From: Vicinamibacteria bacterium
GTDB taxonomy: Bacteria > Acidobacteriota > Vicinamibacteria > Marinacidobacterales > Marinacidobacteraceae
DNA length: 64,000 nucleotides
Direction of reading: 5' to 3'
NCBI GenBank assembly: GCA_965199715.1
Contig: OZ241322.1
Span: forward strand, 64,001 to 128,000
The first letter of the stretch is position 1. The number at the start of each line of letters is the position of its first letter. Under the pieces are notes generated by a model, which searched no databases, was not told where the DNA came from, and saw only the letters and a list, made by a program, of their open reading frames with translations. Positions 8,985 through 18,195 of this stretch are shown here, piece after piece. A program made the translations under genes and the position numbers.

Positions 8985-11900
8985 ATGCGTCGCTTTCTTT
9001 CGCTCTTCCTGAGCCTTCTCGTCGCCGCCCCCGCGGGCGGATCCGAGGTCGAGCGGGGTCGCGACCCGCTCCAGCTCGCCCGCAGCGAGGCGCGCCACCG
9101 GGTGTGGGTGCTCCTCGACACCTCGACCTCCATGCACGGGGGCGGGTTCGGACCGCCGCGCAAGCTGCCTGCGGCGGTCCGGACCATCGAGGACGTGATC
9201 GCCGAGTTCCGCGACGAGTCCGGCGAGCCGCTCGCGCACTGGGCGCTCGCCACGTTCCAGGAGCGCCTCGACGAACCGGACTACGAGGAGGACGAGGCGT
9301 GTTCGGACCCCACGCTCGGCGCCGGCCTCCCGTACGGATCGCCCGGGGCGAGGGAGGCGTCGGTCCCGATCTGGTGGGCCCCGTGCCGGGGCGTCGCGAT
9401 CCGGACCGAGCCCGACGCCTGCGACGCGCAGGCGAACGCCGACGACGTGCTGCGGCGCCTCCCGCGGGACGTGAACTCGACCGTGACCCCGAACGGAATC
9501 GGCCTCTGGCAGCTCGCGCTCCACATCCGCGGCGCCGCGGCCGTCGATCCGGTCCCCGGCCGTCGCGACTTCATCCTCGCGCTCACCGACGGCGAGGACA
9601 CCTGCGAGTGCGGCGAGCACTTATGGAAGGACTTCAACGAGGGACCGCGCGGGCGCGCCCGAAGCCGCGACGTCGCCCTGCGCTCGCTCGCCGGATCCCC
9701 CGAAGAAGTGTCCGTGCGCCGGCCGGAGCCCCGCGACCTGTACGCCTGGAACGCCGGGCTGAAGGCGCGGGCCGCCTACCGCGCGCTGCGCGGCGAGGAT
9801 CCGGCGAATCCCGCCGGGGACGTCTTCGTCGTCGGGTACGCGATGGGGGACCCCCGCACCCGGGAGCGCGTGAACCACCTCGGCTGGATGGCGTCCGACC
9901 TCCGGCGCCCGACGATCCACGCCGGGAACGCGGGCGAACTGTTGGGAGCGCTTCGCCGCGCCATGGACGTGGTGACGCTGCCCGACGGGATGTCCGCGCT
10001 CTCCCCGCCGGCGCTAGCCACGGTCAAGGAGCTCGTGGCCCGCTCGCCGTCCCCGGCCTTCCCGGGCAGCGACCCGTCGCTCCAACCCGGCGATCTCGTC
10101 GCCGACCCCTCGGATCCGGACGACCTGAGCCGCGCGCTCCGGCTGCGCGCGGCCTATCGGGACAACATCCTCATCTCCACCGCCGCGGAGCTCCACGAGC
10201 TGCGCGGACACCTCCGAGCGCGGCCGTCAGCCGGCGGCGCGGTCGTCTGGGACGCCGGCGAACGGCTCCGGGACCGCGATCCCGACGGGCGGACGTTGCT
10301 GTTCAACCGGCCCGGCCGGCGCGCGCTGCTTCCCTTCCGGGTGGGGGAGGTCTCCGCCCGGGACGTCGGAGTCGCCGCGGGCTTCCTCGCCGAGTTGGAC
10401 GGAAAGGGCGCCCGGACCGCCGCCGACGCGGCGGAGATCGTGGTGCGGGTCACCCGGGGCGCGGAGCTCGGAATCCACCCGAAGACCGGCCGGATGTACG
10501 GCCCGGGCGGCAGGCTCCACTTCACCGGCGGAGCGGGCACCTGGAAGCTCCGCGAGGCGCTCGCCGCGCCGGTCGCGGTGGGGAGCCCGCCGACGGCCCC
10601 CGACGCCATGACCCGGCGCCGGGACGCCTACCGGCCCTTCTTCGACGCCCACGTGAACCGCCGCACGGTCGCCTACCTGCCCACGAGCGGCGGGATGCTA
10701 CACGCCTTCGCCGCCGACACCGGCCACGAGATCTTCGCGTACGTCCCGGACGACGTGCTCGGCCCCGCGCCCGGCGAGACCGAGCCGGACCGGGTCCTTC
10801 TGCGGGACCTCGTGGAGCAGACCGTCGTTCCCGATCCCGGGTACGAGGCGGCTCGCGCCAGCCGATTCAGCCTCGCTGGGTCGGCCTCGGTGCGCGATCT
10901 CTGGCTCGAGGGCGAGCGGCGGTGGGCGACCGTGCTCGCGTTCGGGCGCGACTACGGCGGGCGCTTCCTGACCGCGCTCGACGTCTCGCAGGTGGGCGAC
11001 GGCTGGCGCGGCGACCTGACCCCGGCGCACGGGGGCCCGCCGCGGCTCCTGTTCAACGTGGGGCCCCGGGACGCGCTCGCCGGACTCGGCCACACGCCGG
11101 TTCCGGCTCTCGCCGAAGTTCCCGGCGCGGACGGCGCGACGTCGGTCGTGTTCCAGACCGCGGGCGCCGGAGCCCCCGGCGACGATTCCGGCGAGTGGCT
11201 CTTCGCGCTCTCGCCGGAGACCGGGAACGTCCTGCGCCGCTACCGGCTCCCGAGCGACTCCGGCGCCCGGATCGCGGCGAACGCCACCCCGGCGCCGCCC
11301 GCGCTCTGGCGCGAGTCCTACGCCGACCGCGACGGCGGCGATCTCGTGACGCGCGTGTTCGCAGCGGACGTGCAGGGGCAGATCCACCGCCTCGACGTCC
11401 GCGACCCGAGTCGCTGGAAGTGGGGCCGGGCGTTCTCGCTGGGGCCGGACCAACCGGTCCTGACCGCCCCGGTCGCGCTCGCGCTGCCGGGCCGCACCGA
11501 ACCGCACCTCCTGGTCGTGACGGGCGGGGATCGCCGGATTCCCGGCGGCGCGTCGCAGTTGGCGCTCCTGCGCGAATCGGGAACCCGGCTCGTGGAGGTC
11601 TGGCGGCGGTCGCTCGACCCCGGCGAGGCCCCTCAGGGGGTCCCCGCGGTGGTCTCGGATGGCGCGAACGTGGACGTGCTCCTCGCCACCCGGCTGTCCA
11701 CGACTTCGGGCGAGGACTGCTCGGGAGTCGTCCGGGAGTCCCGGTCGCGGCTGCGCGCCTTCGACGGCCTCACCGGCGCTCCCGCCGCCGGCGTCGTCGC
11801 GACGGACGCCGCGTTTCGGGAGCTCGGCCCCGGCGCGGTCCGGGGGATCGCGCTGTCGGCCTCGGGCAATGCGGCGCTGAGCTTCTCGTCGGGCGCGGGC

Positions 11901-12005
11901 GAGGTGATCGACGCGGTCATCGGCGACTTCAAGTTCCGCATCCCCGACCGCGCCCTCAAGGACGTGACGCTGTTCGTCGAGGGATTCCGGCGCTCGCCGT
12001 TCTGA
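8985..12005 (+). CDS. pilY1: PilY1-like pilus tip adhesin (N-terminal vWA domain, C-terminal beta-propeller)
   Basis: AAGGAGG RBS and signal peptide. MIDAS-like LLDTSTS...TP...LTDG. PilY1 motifs GGMLHAFAADTGHEIFAYVP and FAADVQGQIHRLD. Confidence 0.8.
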   Translation: MRRFLSLFLSLLVAAPAGGSEVERGRDPLQLARSEARHRVWVLLDTSTSMHGGGFGPPRKLPAAVRTIEDVIAEFRDESGEPLAHWALATFQERLDEPDYEEDEACSDPTLGAGLPYGSPGAREASVPIWWAPCRGVAIRTEPDACDAQANADDVLRRLPRDVNSTVTPNGIGLWQLALHIRGAAAVDPVPGRRDFILALTDGEDTCECGEHLWKDFNEGPRGRARSRDVALRSLAGSPEEVSVRRPEPRDLYAWNAGLKARAAYRALRGEDPANPAGDVFVVGYAMGDPRTRERVNHLGWMASDLRRPTIHAGNAGELLGALRRAMDVVTLPDGMSALSPPALATVKELVARSPSPAFPGSDPSLQPGDLVADPSDPDDLSRALRLRAAYRDNILISTAAELHELRGHLRARPSAGGAVVWDAGERLRDRDPDGRTLLFNRPGRRALLPFRVGEVSARDVGVAAGFLAELDGKGARTAADAAEIVVRVTRGAELGIHPKTGRMYGPGGRLHFTGGAGTWKLREALAAPVAVGSPPTAPDAMTRRRDAYRPFFDAHVNRRTVAYLPTSGGMLHAFAADTGHEIFAYVPDDVLGPAPGETEPDRVLLRDLVEQTVVPDPGYEAARASRFSLAGSASVRDLWLEGERRWATVLAFGRDYGGRFLTALDVSQVGDGWRGDLTPAHGGPPRLLFNVGPRDALAGLGHTPVPALAEVPGADGATSVVFQTAGAGAPGDDSGEWLFALSPETGNVLRRYRLPSDSGARIAANATPAPPALWRESYADRDGGDLVTRVFAADVQGQIHRLDVRDPSRWKWGRAFSLGPDQPVLTAPVALALPGRTEPHLLVVTGGDRRIPGGASQLALLRESGTRLVEVWRRSLDPGEAPQGVPAVVSDGANVDVLLATRLSTTSGEDCSGVVRESRSRLRAFDGLTGAPAAGVVATDAAFRELGPGAVRGIALSASGNAALSFSSGAGEVIDAVIGDFKFRIPDRALKDVTLFVEGFRRSPF

Positions 12006-12007
12006 CC

Positions 12008-13279
12008 ATGTCCGCTTCGCGCAGAAGCGCCGGATTCACGCTCGTCGAGGCGATCCTCGTCGCCGCGGTCACGCTCTTCGTCGTGGGCGGCTTCCTCGTC
12101 CTGTTTCGCGCCGGGCAGGGGGCCTTCCGGACCGGGCCCGAGGGAGCGGCGCTGCAACTGGACGCCGCCGCCATGCTGGACCTCGTCGCCCGCGACCTCG
12201 AACGGGCGGGCTCGGGGCTTCCGCCGGAGGTCCCCGTGTTCAACGATCTCGGGCAAGCCGGCGACCGGAACCCCGACGGGCTTGACTTTCTCGCCGCGCC
12301 CGAGCGCCTCGCCGCAACCGGATTCGAGCCGGTCGTCGCTTTCGACGGCGCCGTCGCCCGGCTCGACGCGCCCCGCAGCCGCCTCGAACCCAACTCCCTC
12401 GCCGTGGTCTTCAACGACGACGAGATGACGCCCCGCTGGGCGCTCGGCGAAGTGGCCGAGGCGTCCCGGGGCGGCGGTTCGCCGCAGTCTCCGTCGGGCG
12501 CGCGAGTGCGGCTGCGCCCGATCCGCAACGACTGGCACTTCCACTTCCGCTCGCTCGACTCCGGCACCTTCGAGCCGGGCGGAGGCGGCGGGCTCATGCA
12601 GCGCGCCCTCACGAGCGTGCTGGGCGGAATCATCGAGGCGGCGCTCCCCGGGCTCGGATCCGGCCCCGCCGGGGCCCTCACCGACCAGGTCGTCTCGACG
12701 ATGCTGGAGCAACTCGGCGAGAAAACCCGAAAGAAGAAAGGGAAGGGGAAAGGGAAGTCCGTTCCCGGCGGAACGGACGAGGAGGACGCGAACTTCGGCC
12801 CTTTCGGCCTCGGCCAGCCGGGACTCGTGCCCGTGTCCCGGATCCGCTACTGGCTGCGCGAGCCCCGTGCGCGGGACGGGGGCCGGCGCACGCTCATGCG
12901 GCAGGTGGACGACGGCCAGCCGCAGCCGGTCGGGTTCGCCGAGGACTTCCAGGTCCGCTACGTCACCGGACGCGACGCGGACCGGATGGGCGGCGCGCCG
13001 CCCGCCCTCATCGGCGACATGAAGACGGCCCGCCAGCTCGGCGACCGGATCGTGCGGGCGGTGGACGTGGAGATCCGGGTGGCGTCCAGCGACGCGCCGA
13101 GCCGCGGCCCCTCGAACGAAGCGGAGTCCCGGACGACGACCGTGCGCCGCCGGGTCGGGCTTCGCGTGACGGCCGCCGGGGTCGGACGGCGGGCGTGGGA
13201 GGAGAGCATGCAGCGCAACGCGCTTCCCACCGAGATCCCGCGGATCGGCCCGCTTCGCTTCATCAAGCTGCCGTGGTGA
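12008..13279 (+). CDS. pilW: Minor pilin, PilW-like, with a large insert
   Basis: AG|FTLVEAILV and LDLVARDLERAG; later IRYWL...LMRQ...EDFQVRY...VRAVDVEI. Confidence 0.7.
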   Translation: MSASRRSAGFTLVEAILVAAVTLFVVGGFLVLFRAGQGAFRTGPEGAALQLDAAAMLDLVARDLERAGSGLPPEVPVFNDLGQAGDRNPDGLDFLAAPERLAATGFEPVVAFDGAVARLDAPRSRLEPNSLAVVFNDDEMTPRWALGEVAEASRGGGSPQSPSGARVRLRPIRNDWHFHFRSLDSGTFEPGGGGGLMQRALTSVLGGIIEAALPGLGSGPAGALTDQVVSTMLEQLGEKTRKKKGKGKGKSVPGGTDEEDANFGPFGLGQPGLVPVSRIRYWLREPRARDGGRRTLMRQVDDGQPQPVGFAEDFQVRYVTGRDADRMGGAPPALIGDMKTARQLGDRIVRAVDVEIRVASSDAPSRGPSNEAESRTTTVRRRVGLRVTAAGVGRRAWEESMQRNALPTEIPRIGPLRFIKLPW

Positions 13280-14003
13280 TCTCCGGTTTCGCCCCCGAGT
13301 GGATCGCGACCGTCCCCAGCGTGCGTTTCGTCCACGAGACCGCGCCGAACCCGGCCGCCCGCAGGCTCGCCGCCAGGTCGTCCGCGTCGGGGAAGTCGAG
13401 GATCGAGTCCCGGAGGTACCCGTACGGGGCCCGCCCGGGAGCGGCCAGCGCCGCGAGCGTCGGCACGCCGAGCCGCAGCCACGCGCCGTGCAGGAGCCGG
13501 ACGCCGGCGTTCCCCGGCCGGGAGAACTCGAGGACGACGAGCCGTCCGCCGGGGACGAGCACCCGCAGGATCTCGGCGAGGCCCGCGCCGAGGTCCGGCA
13601 GGTTGCGCACCCCGAACCCCACCGTCGCCCCGTCGAAGCTCCCGTCAGGGAAGGGGAGCCGCATCGCGTCGCCGGCCACCCACGCGATCGGGCGGCGGCG
13701 CGCCTCGGCCTTGACCTGCGCGCGGCCGAGCATCGCCGGCGTGAAGTCGCACCCCACCGTCCGCAGCTCCCGAGGAACCTCGAGCGCGAGGTCGCCGGTC
13801 CCGCAGCACAGGTCCAGAATCCGGTCGCCGGGCAGCGGAGCGCCGCCGAGGAGCCGGGCGCGCGCCGCCTTGCGCCATCCCCGGTCCAGACCGACGCTCA
13901 GGAGCCGGTTCATGCGGTCGTAGCCGGGCGCCACGGCGTCGAACATGCCCTGGACGGCGCCGGGCGTCCGCCGGAACGCGTCGGGGCTGCGCTCGAATGC
14001 CAC
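13263..14003 (-). CDS. ubiE: Ubiquinone/menaquinone biosynthesis C-methyltransferase (UbiE/MenG)
   Basis: MFDAVAPGYDRMNRLLS, LDLCCGTGD, GDAMRLPF, FGVRN and LEFS motifs. Confidence 0.93.
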   Translation of the reverse strand: MAFERSPDAFRRTPGAVQGMFDAVAPGYDRMNRLLSVGLDRGWRKAARARLLGGAPLPGDRILDLCCGTGDLALEVPRELRTVGCDFTPAMLGRAQVKAEARRRPIAWVAGDAMRLPFPDGSFDGATVGFGVRNLPDLGAGLAEILRVLVPGGRLVVLEFSRPGNAGVRLLHGAWLRLGVPTLAALAAPGRAPYGYLRDSILDFPDADDLAASLRAAGFGAVSWTKRTLGTVAIHSGAKPEITTAA

Positions 14004-14078
14004 GGGCCGGGATTCTGGCGCCGATCCCCCGGCGATAATCTTCCGCGCCCGGTGTCCGCCTCTTCTCCGCTCCTCCTG

Positions 14079-14408
14079 ATGATCGGCCCGCTCGGGGTTC
14101 AGGAGATGGTCGTCATCATGCTCTTGGCGCTGATGCTGTTCGGACCCCGGAAGCTGCCGCAGATCGGCAAGACGCTCGGAAAGAGCCTCGCCGAGTTCCG
14201 CCGGACCAGCAACGAGCTCAAGAACACCCTGGAGCGCGAGGTCCAGATGGAGGAGTTCCGCAACGCCCGGTCGGAGATGAAGGGCTTTCAGCAGGATCTG
14301 CGCGAGGGGCTCGCCGGCTCCGACTCCGGTCGGCCTCCGGAGGACGACCCCGACGAGCCCCCCGCCGAGTCGTCCGAATCCCCGCCGGACGAACCGCCGC
14401 GTGCCTGA
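14079..14408 (+). CDS. tatA: Twin-arginine translocase TatA/TatB subunit
   Basis: GVQEMVVIMLLALMLFGPRKLPQIGKTLGKSLAEFRR; upstream of tatC. The start may be the GTG at 14052. Confidence 0.9.
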   Translation: MIGPLGVQEMVVIMLLALMLFGPRKLPQIGKTLGKSLAEFRRTSNELKNTLEREVQMEEFRNARSEMKGFQQDLREGLAGSDSGRPPEDDPDEPPAESSESPPDEPPRA

Positions 14409-15210
14409 ACCGGAAGACGTCGCGGACGGCTCCGGCGAGGGCGGCGGCGCCCCCGACCGGATGACCTTCCTCGAGCACCTGGACGAGCTCCGCACCCGCC
14501 TGATCCGGGCGGTCATGGCCATCGGCGTGACGTTCGTCGCGTGCTTCTTCTTCTACGAGCGGATCTTCAACTTCCTGATGCAGCCGCTGCGGGAGGTGCT
14601 GGACCCGCTCGGCGGCGAGCTCATCGCGACCGCCCCCACCGAGATCTTCTACCTCGGCATGAAGATGAGCCTGTTGGTCGCGGTGCTCGTCTCGACCCCC
14701 GCGTGGCTCGGGCAGGTCTGGGGTTTCGTGGCCCCCGGCCTCTACAAGCACGAGCGCCGGCTCGCGTGGCCGCTCGTGGGGCTCGGCTCGATGTTCTTCG
14801 TGCTCGGCGCGGTCTTCGCGCACGCCGTCCTCTTCCCCGCGGCCGCGGGCTTCCTCGGCACGTTCGGAGGGGGCGGCGAGGGGATCGAGCTTCGCTACAA
14901 GGTCTCCGAGGTGTTCAGCTTCTACGCCCGCGTGGTGCTGGGCTCCGCGATCGTCTTCCAGATTCCGACGCTCGCGCTGGCGCTCTCGCGCCTCGGGCTC
15001 GTCACGCCCCGGATGCTCTGGAAGTACTTCCGCTTCGCGGTGCTCGGCGCCTTCGTCCTCGCCGCGCTCCTGACCCCGCCGGACCCGACCACCCAGATTA
15101 TCCTCGCCGGCCCGATGATCGTCCTGTATCTGGTCTCCATCGGGATCGCGTGGGTCGGCAACCGCAGCCGCCGCAAGCGGCGCGAGGAGGCCTCGGGCGA
15201 CGGCTCGTGA
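14401..15210 (+). CDS. tatC: Twin-arginine translocase TatC
   Basis: MTFLEHLDELRTRL, FVAPGLYKHER and LTPPD motifs. Confidence 0.97.
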   Translation: MPEPEDVADGSGEGGGAPDRMTFLEHLDELRTRLIRAVMAIGVTFVACFFFYERIFNFLMQPLREVLDPLGGELIATAPTEIFYLGMKMSLLVAVLVSTPAWLGQVWGFVAPGLYKHERRLAWPLVGLGSMFFVLGAVFAHAVLFPAAAGFLGTFGGGGEGIELRYKVSEVFSFYARVVLGSAIVFQIPTLALALSRLGLVTPRMLWKYFRFAVLGAFVLAALLTPPDPTTQIILAGPMIVLYLVSIGIAWVGNRSRRKRREEASGDGS

Positions 15211-15250
15211 TCGCCGCCGGCGCGCGCCGCGGGGCTGCTAGGATGCGGCC

Positions 15251-16894
15251 ATGCCGAAGGCCCGCCTGATCGGCAGGGCGTCGCTCCTGCCTCTCCTGGT
15301 CGCTTCCACCATCGCGGTCGCGGTGGCCGCGCCGGACCCGTGGAAAGAGCTCCGCCAGTGGCACGTGAACGTGATCCGCACGGTGGAGACCGAGTACGTC
15401 CGCGAGATCAGCCCCGAGACGCTCACGAGCGCCACGGTGTCGGGCATGCTGGCCCGACTCGATCCGCACTCGAGCCTGATGCCGCCGCAGAACTACCGGC
15501 AGATGCGCGAGCGCCAGCAGGGCGGCTACGTGGGCCTCGGGATCCGGGTGCAGCAGCGCAACGGCCTCCTCACCGTGGTCTCGCCCTTCGAGGGCACGCC
15601 GGCGTATCGGCTCGGCATCCGCGCCGGCGACGTGATCTCGCGGATCGAGGGCGTGGACGCCACCGAGTACGACATGGACGGCGCCGTCTCCCGCCTCAGG
15701 GGGCCGCAGGGAACCGCGGTCCGCATCACGATCACCCGGCCGGGCTACGACGCGCCGCTCGACTTCACCGTGATCCGGGACCGGATCGCGCTCCGCAGCG
15801 TCCCGTACTTCTTCCTGCTCGACGCGGAGGAGCCCACCGGCTACGTCCGGATCTCCGACTTCAACGAGAACACCGACCAGGAGCTCAAGGACGCCATCGT
15901 CGAGCTCCGGCTCCAGGGCGCGGAACGGCTCATGGTGGACCTCCGCCGGAATCCGGGCGGCCTTCTGAACCAGGCCGTCTCGGTGTCCAACGTCTTCCTG
16001 AAGCAGGGCAAGGAAGTGGTCTCGATCCGCGGACGCGACGCGCGCATGGATCAGGAGTACCACGCCCGGGAGCCGAGCCCTCACGCGGATCTCCCGCTGG
16101 TCGTCCTCGTCTCGAGGGAGAGCGCGTCCGCGTCGGAGATCGTGGCCGGAGCCGTGCAAGACCATGACCGGGGCCTCATCGTCGGCGAGAACACCTACGG
16201 AAAGGGCCTCGTCCAGTCGGTGTTCCAGCTTCCCCACGGCTACGCGCTCGGCCTGACCTCGGCGCAGTACTTCACCCCCAGCGGCCGGCGGCTTCAGCGC
16301 GACTACGACTCGGGCGACTTCCTCGCCTACTACCAGGGGCGCGGCGAGCACGACTCCAACGACGAGGCGGGGACCGTCGTCCGGACCGGAATCGGCCGCG
16401 AGCTCTCGGGCGGCGGCGGAATCGAACCCGACCACGAGGCGCGCACCCCGGACCTTCCGGACGCCGTGCTGGAGCTGGAGCAGCGGGGAGCCTTCTTCCG
16501 CTTCGCCACCCGTTTCGTCCCGAAGGACGGCCGCGGCGCCGTCGATGGGGCGGGGGAGCGCCCCGACGAGCTCACCGCCCGGGGCGCGAACGTCCGCGCC
16601 GTCGATCAGGCCTTCCGCGCCGACGAGCGGGCCTTCGAGGAGTTCTTCGCCTTCCTCGAAGAGGAGAACGTGGCCCACGACCGGGAGGCGCTCGAGGCCC
16701 ACCGCGAGCCGATGGCCATCCGGATCGAGAGCGAGGTCTTTCACCTGCTGTGGGGCCCCGGAGCGGCCCAGCGGGCGGTGATCGACCGCGACCCGCAGGT
16801 CCGGGCGGGGCTCGATCTCATGCCGCGGGCGGCGCTCCTGCTCGAGGACCCGGACGCCTACCTCACGACGATGGGCGGTTCGGGACTCCAGTGA
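15251..16894 (+). CDS. ctpA: S41 carboxy-terminal processing protease (PDZ domain)
   Basis: LDPHS, GLGI, DLRRNPGG, SASASE and TYGKG motifs; signal peptide. Confidence 0.93.
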   Translation: MPKARLIGRASLLPLLVASTIAVAVAAPDPWKELRQWHVNVIRTVETEYVREISPETLTSATVSGMLARLDPHSSLMPPQNYRQMRERQQGGYVGLGIRVQQRNGLLTVVSPFEGTPAYRLGIRAGDVISRIEGVDATEYDMDGAVSRLRGPQGTAVRITITRPGYDAPLDFTVIRDRIALRSVPYFFLLDAEEPTGYVRISDFNENTDQELKDAIVELRLQGAERLMVDLRRNPGGLLNQAVSVSNVFLKQGKEVVSIRGRDARMDQEYHAREPSPHADLPLVVLVSRESASASEIVAGAVQDHDRGLIVGENTYGKGLVQSVFQLPHGYALGLTSAQYFTPSGRRLQRDYDSGDFLAYYQGRGEHDSNDEAGTVVRTGIGRELSGGGGIEPDHEARTPDLPDAVLELEQRGAFFRFATRFVPKDGRGAVDGAGERPDELTARGANVRAVDQAFRADERAFEEFFAFLEEENVAHDREALEAHREPMAIRIESEVFHLLWGPGAAQRAVIDRDPQVRAGLDLMPRAALLLEDPDAYLTTMGGSGLQ

Positions 16895-18195
16895 CGGCCG
16901 TCCTCGCGGCGGTTCTGCTGCTCCCCGCGCTCGCGAACGCGCAGTCCATCGACGAGCTGCTCGTGCGCATCGAGAGCCCCGACGCCGACATCCGGCGCGA
17001 GGCGGCCCGCGACCTCGGCCGCAACGGTTCGGACGCGGCCGTCGAGGCTCTGAACGGGGCCGCCGCCGACGAGGACGTCCAGGTGCGGGACGAGGTGCTC
17101 GCCGCGCTCGTCGCCGTCCGCCGTCCGGTCGCGGCCCCCGGCGTCCTTCTCTTCCTCGGCAGCGACGTGAAGGCCGACCGCGAGCGGGCGGTCGCGTCGC
17201 TCGTGGACATGCACGGGATCGAGGAGCCGCCGGGACGGGGCGCCCGCGCGATGAACTGGCTGCTCCGCCGCGACGACGACTTCGTGCTGGATCCGCTGCG
17301 CCCGGTGTCCCCGAGCGTCGTCGGCGGGCTCATGGGCCGGCTCCAGGATCCCGAGCGCGACGTCCGCCTCGCGGCCGCGGAAGGACTCGGCCTGCTGCGG
17401 GCGGCCGCCGCCGTTCCCGCGCTCACGGCGGCGGCGGGCGACGCCGAGGAACGGGTGGCGCGCGCCGCGATCGCGGCGCTCGGCGAGGTGGGCCACGTCG
17501 CCCCCGAAACCGCCGGCCCGGCGCTCGTGGGCCTGCTGGACGGCTCGCCTCATCCCGTGGACGTGGTCGAGAGCCTCGGGATGATGGCCTTCGAGAGCGC
17601 CGGTCGGACGCTGCTCGCGGCCTATGACGGCGACGCCGACGGCGAGCTCGGCGAGGCGGCGCTCTGGGCGCTCTCTCGGATCGGATATTCGGGCGCGCTC
17701 GCCACGTTCATCGCCGAGCTGACCGGCAGCGACGCCGGGCGGCGCGAGTCGGCCGCGGCGGGTCTCGGCCGCATCGGCGACCGGGATATGGCCGACGGCA
17801 TGGTCCGCGACTTCCTGCGGGAGGACGACCGTCGCGTCCAGCTCGCCTACTGCTTCGCGCTGACGCTGCTGGGCGAGACTCCCTTCGTGGACCGGGTGGT
17901 GCTCGATCTGACCGACCGGACGCTCGGCGACCAGGCGCGCGACTACGCGCTGGAGCTCGGCGAGCCCGCGGTTCCCCAGTTCGTCCGCTATCTCGGCGAT
18001 CCCGACAAGGACATGCGCCTGCGGCTGATCGAGCTTCTGGAGCGCATCGGCTCGGCCGCCGCGATCCCCGGGCTCGAGGGCCGCGAGCAGGATCCCGAAG
18101 CGGACGTCGTGGATCGGGCGCGGCTCGCGATCCGCCGCCTGCGCCAGCTCGAGGAAGCCGGAGTCGAAGCGCGGCGCGGGCCGGGCGGCGGTTGA
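16891..18195 (+). CDS. Secreted HEAT-repeat protein
   Basis: Signal peptide (ANA-QS) and repeated D...VR..AA..LG units. Confidence 0.8.
   Translation: MTAVLAAVLLLPALANAQSIDELLVRIESPDADIRREAARDLGRNGSDAAVEALNGAAADEDVQVRDEVLAALVAVRRPVAAPGVLLFLGSDVKADRERAVASLVDMHGIEEPPGRGARAMNWLLRRDDDFVLDPLRPVSPSVVGGLMGRLQDPERDVRLAAAEGLGLLRAAAAVPALTAAAGDAEERVARAAIAALGEVGHVAPETAGPALVGLLDGSPHPVDVVESLGMMAFESAGRTLLAAYDGDADGELGEAALWALSRIGYSGALATFIAELTGSDAGRRESAAAGLGRIGDRDMADGMVRDFLREDDRRVQLAYCFALTLLGETPFVDRVVLDLTDRTLGDQARDYALELGEPAVPQFVRYLGDPDKDMRLRLIELLERIGSAAAIPGLEGREQDPEADVVDRARLAIRRLRQLEEAGVEARRGPGGG

Noticed and set aside
8985-9040. Tat signals in PilY1 (MRRFLS) or the 18192 protein (TRRRVP), given the nearby tatAC
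   Set aside because: They do not match S/T-R-R-x-F-L-K well, and Arg pairs are ubiquitous in this proteome.
9104-13279. Apparent giant fusion proteins (9104-13279, 22049-26155, 48751-52161, 51995-55300)
   Set aside because: Only the 3' part of each is real. The true starts overlap or closely follow the neighbouring gene, and the upstream extensions are off-frame read-through.
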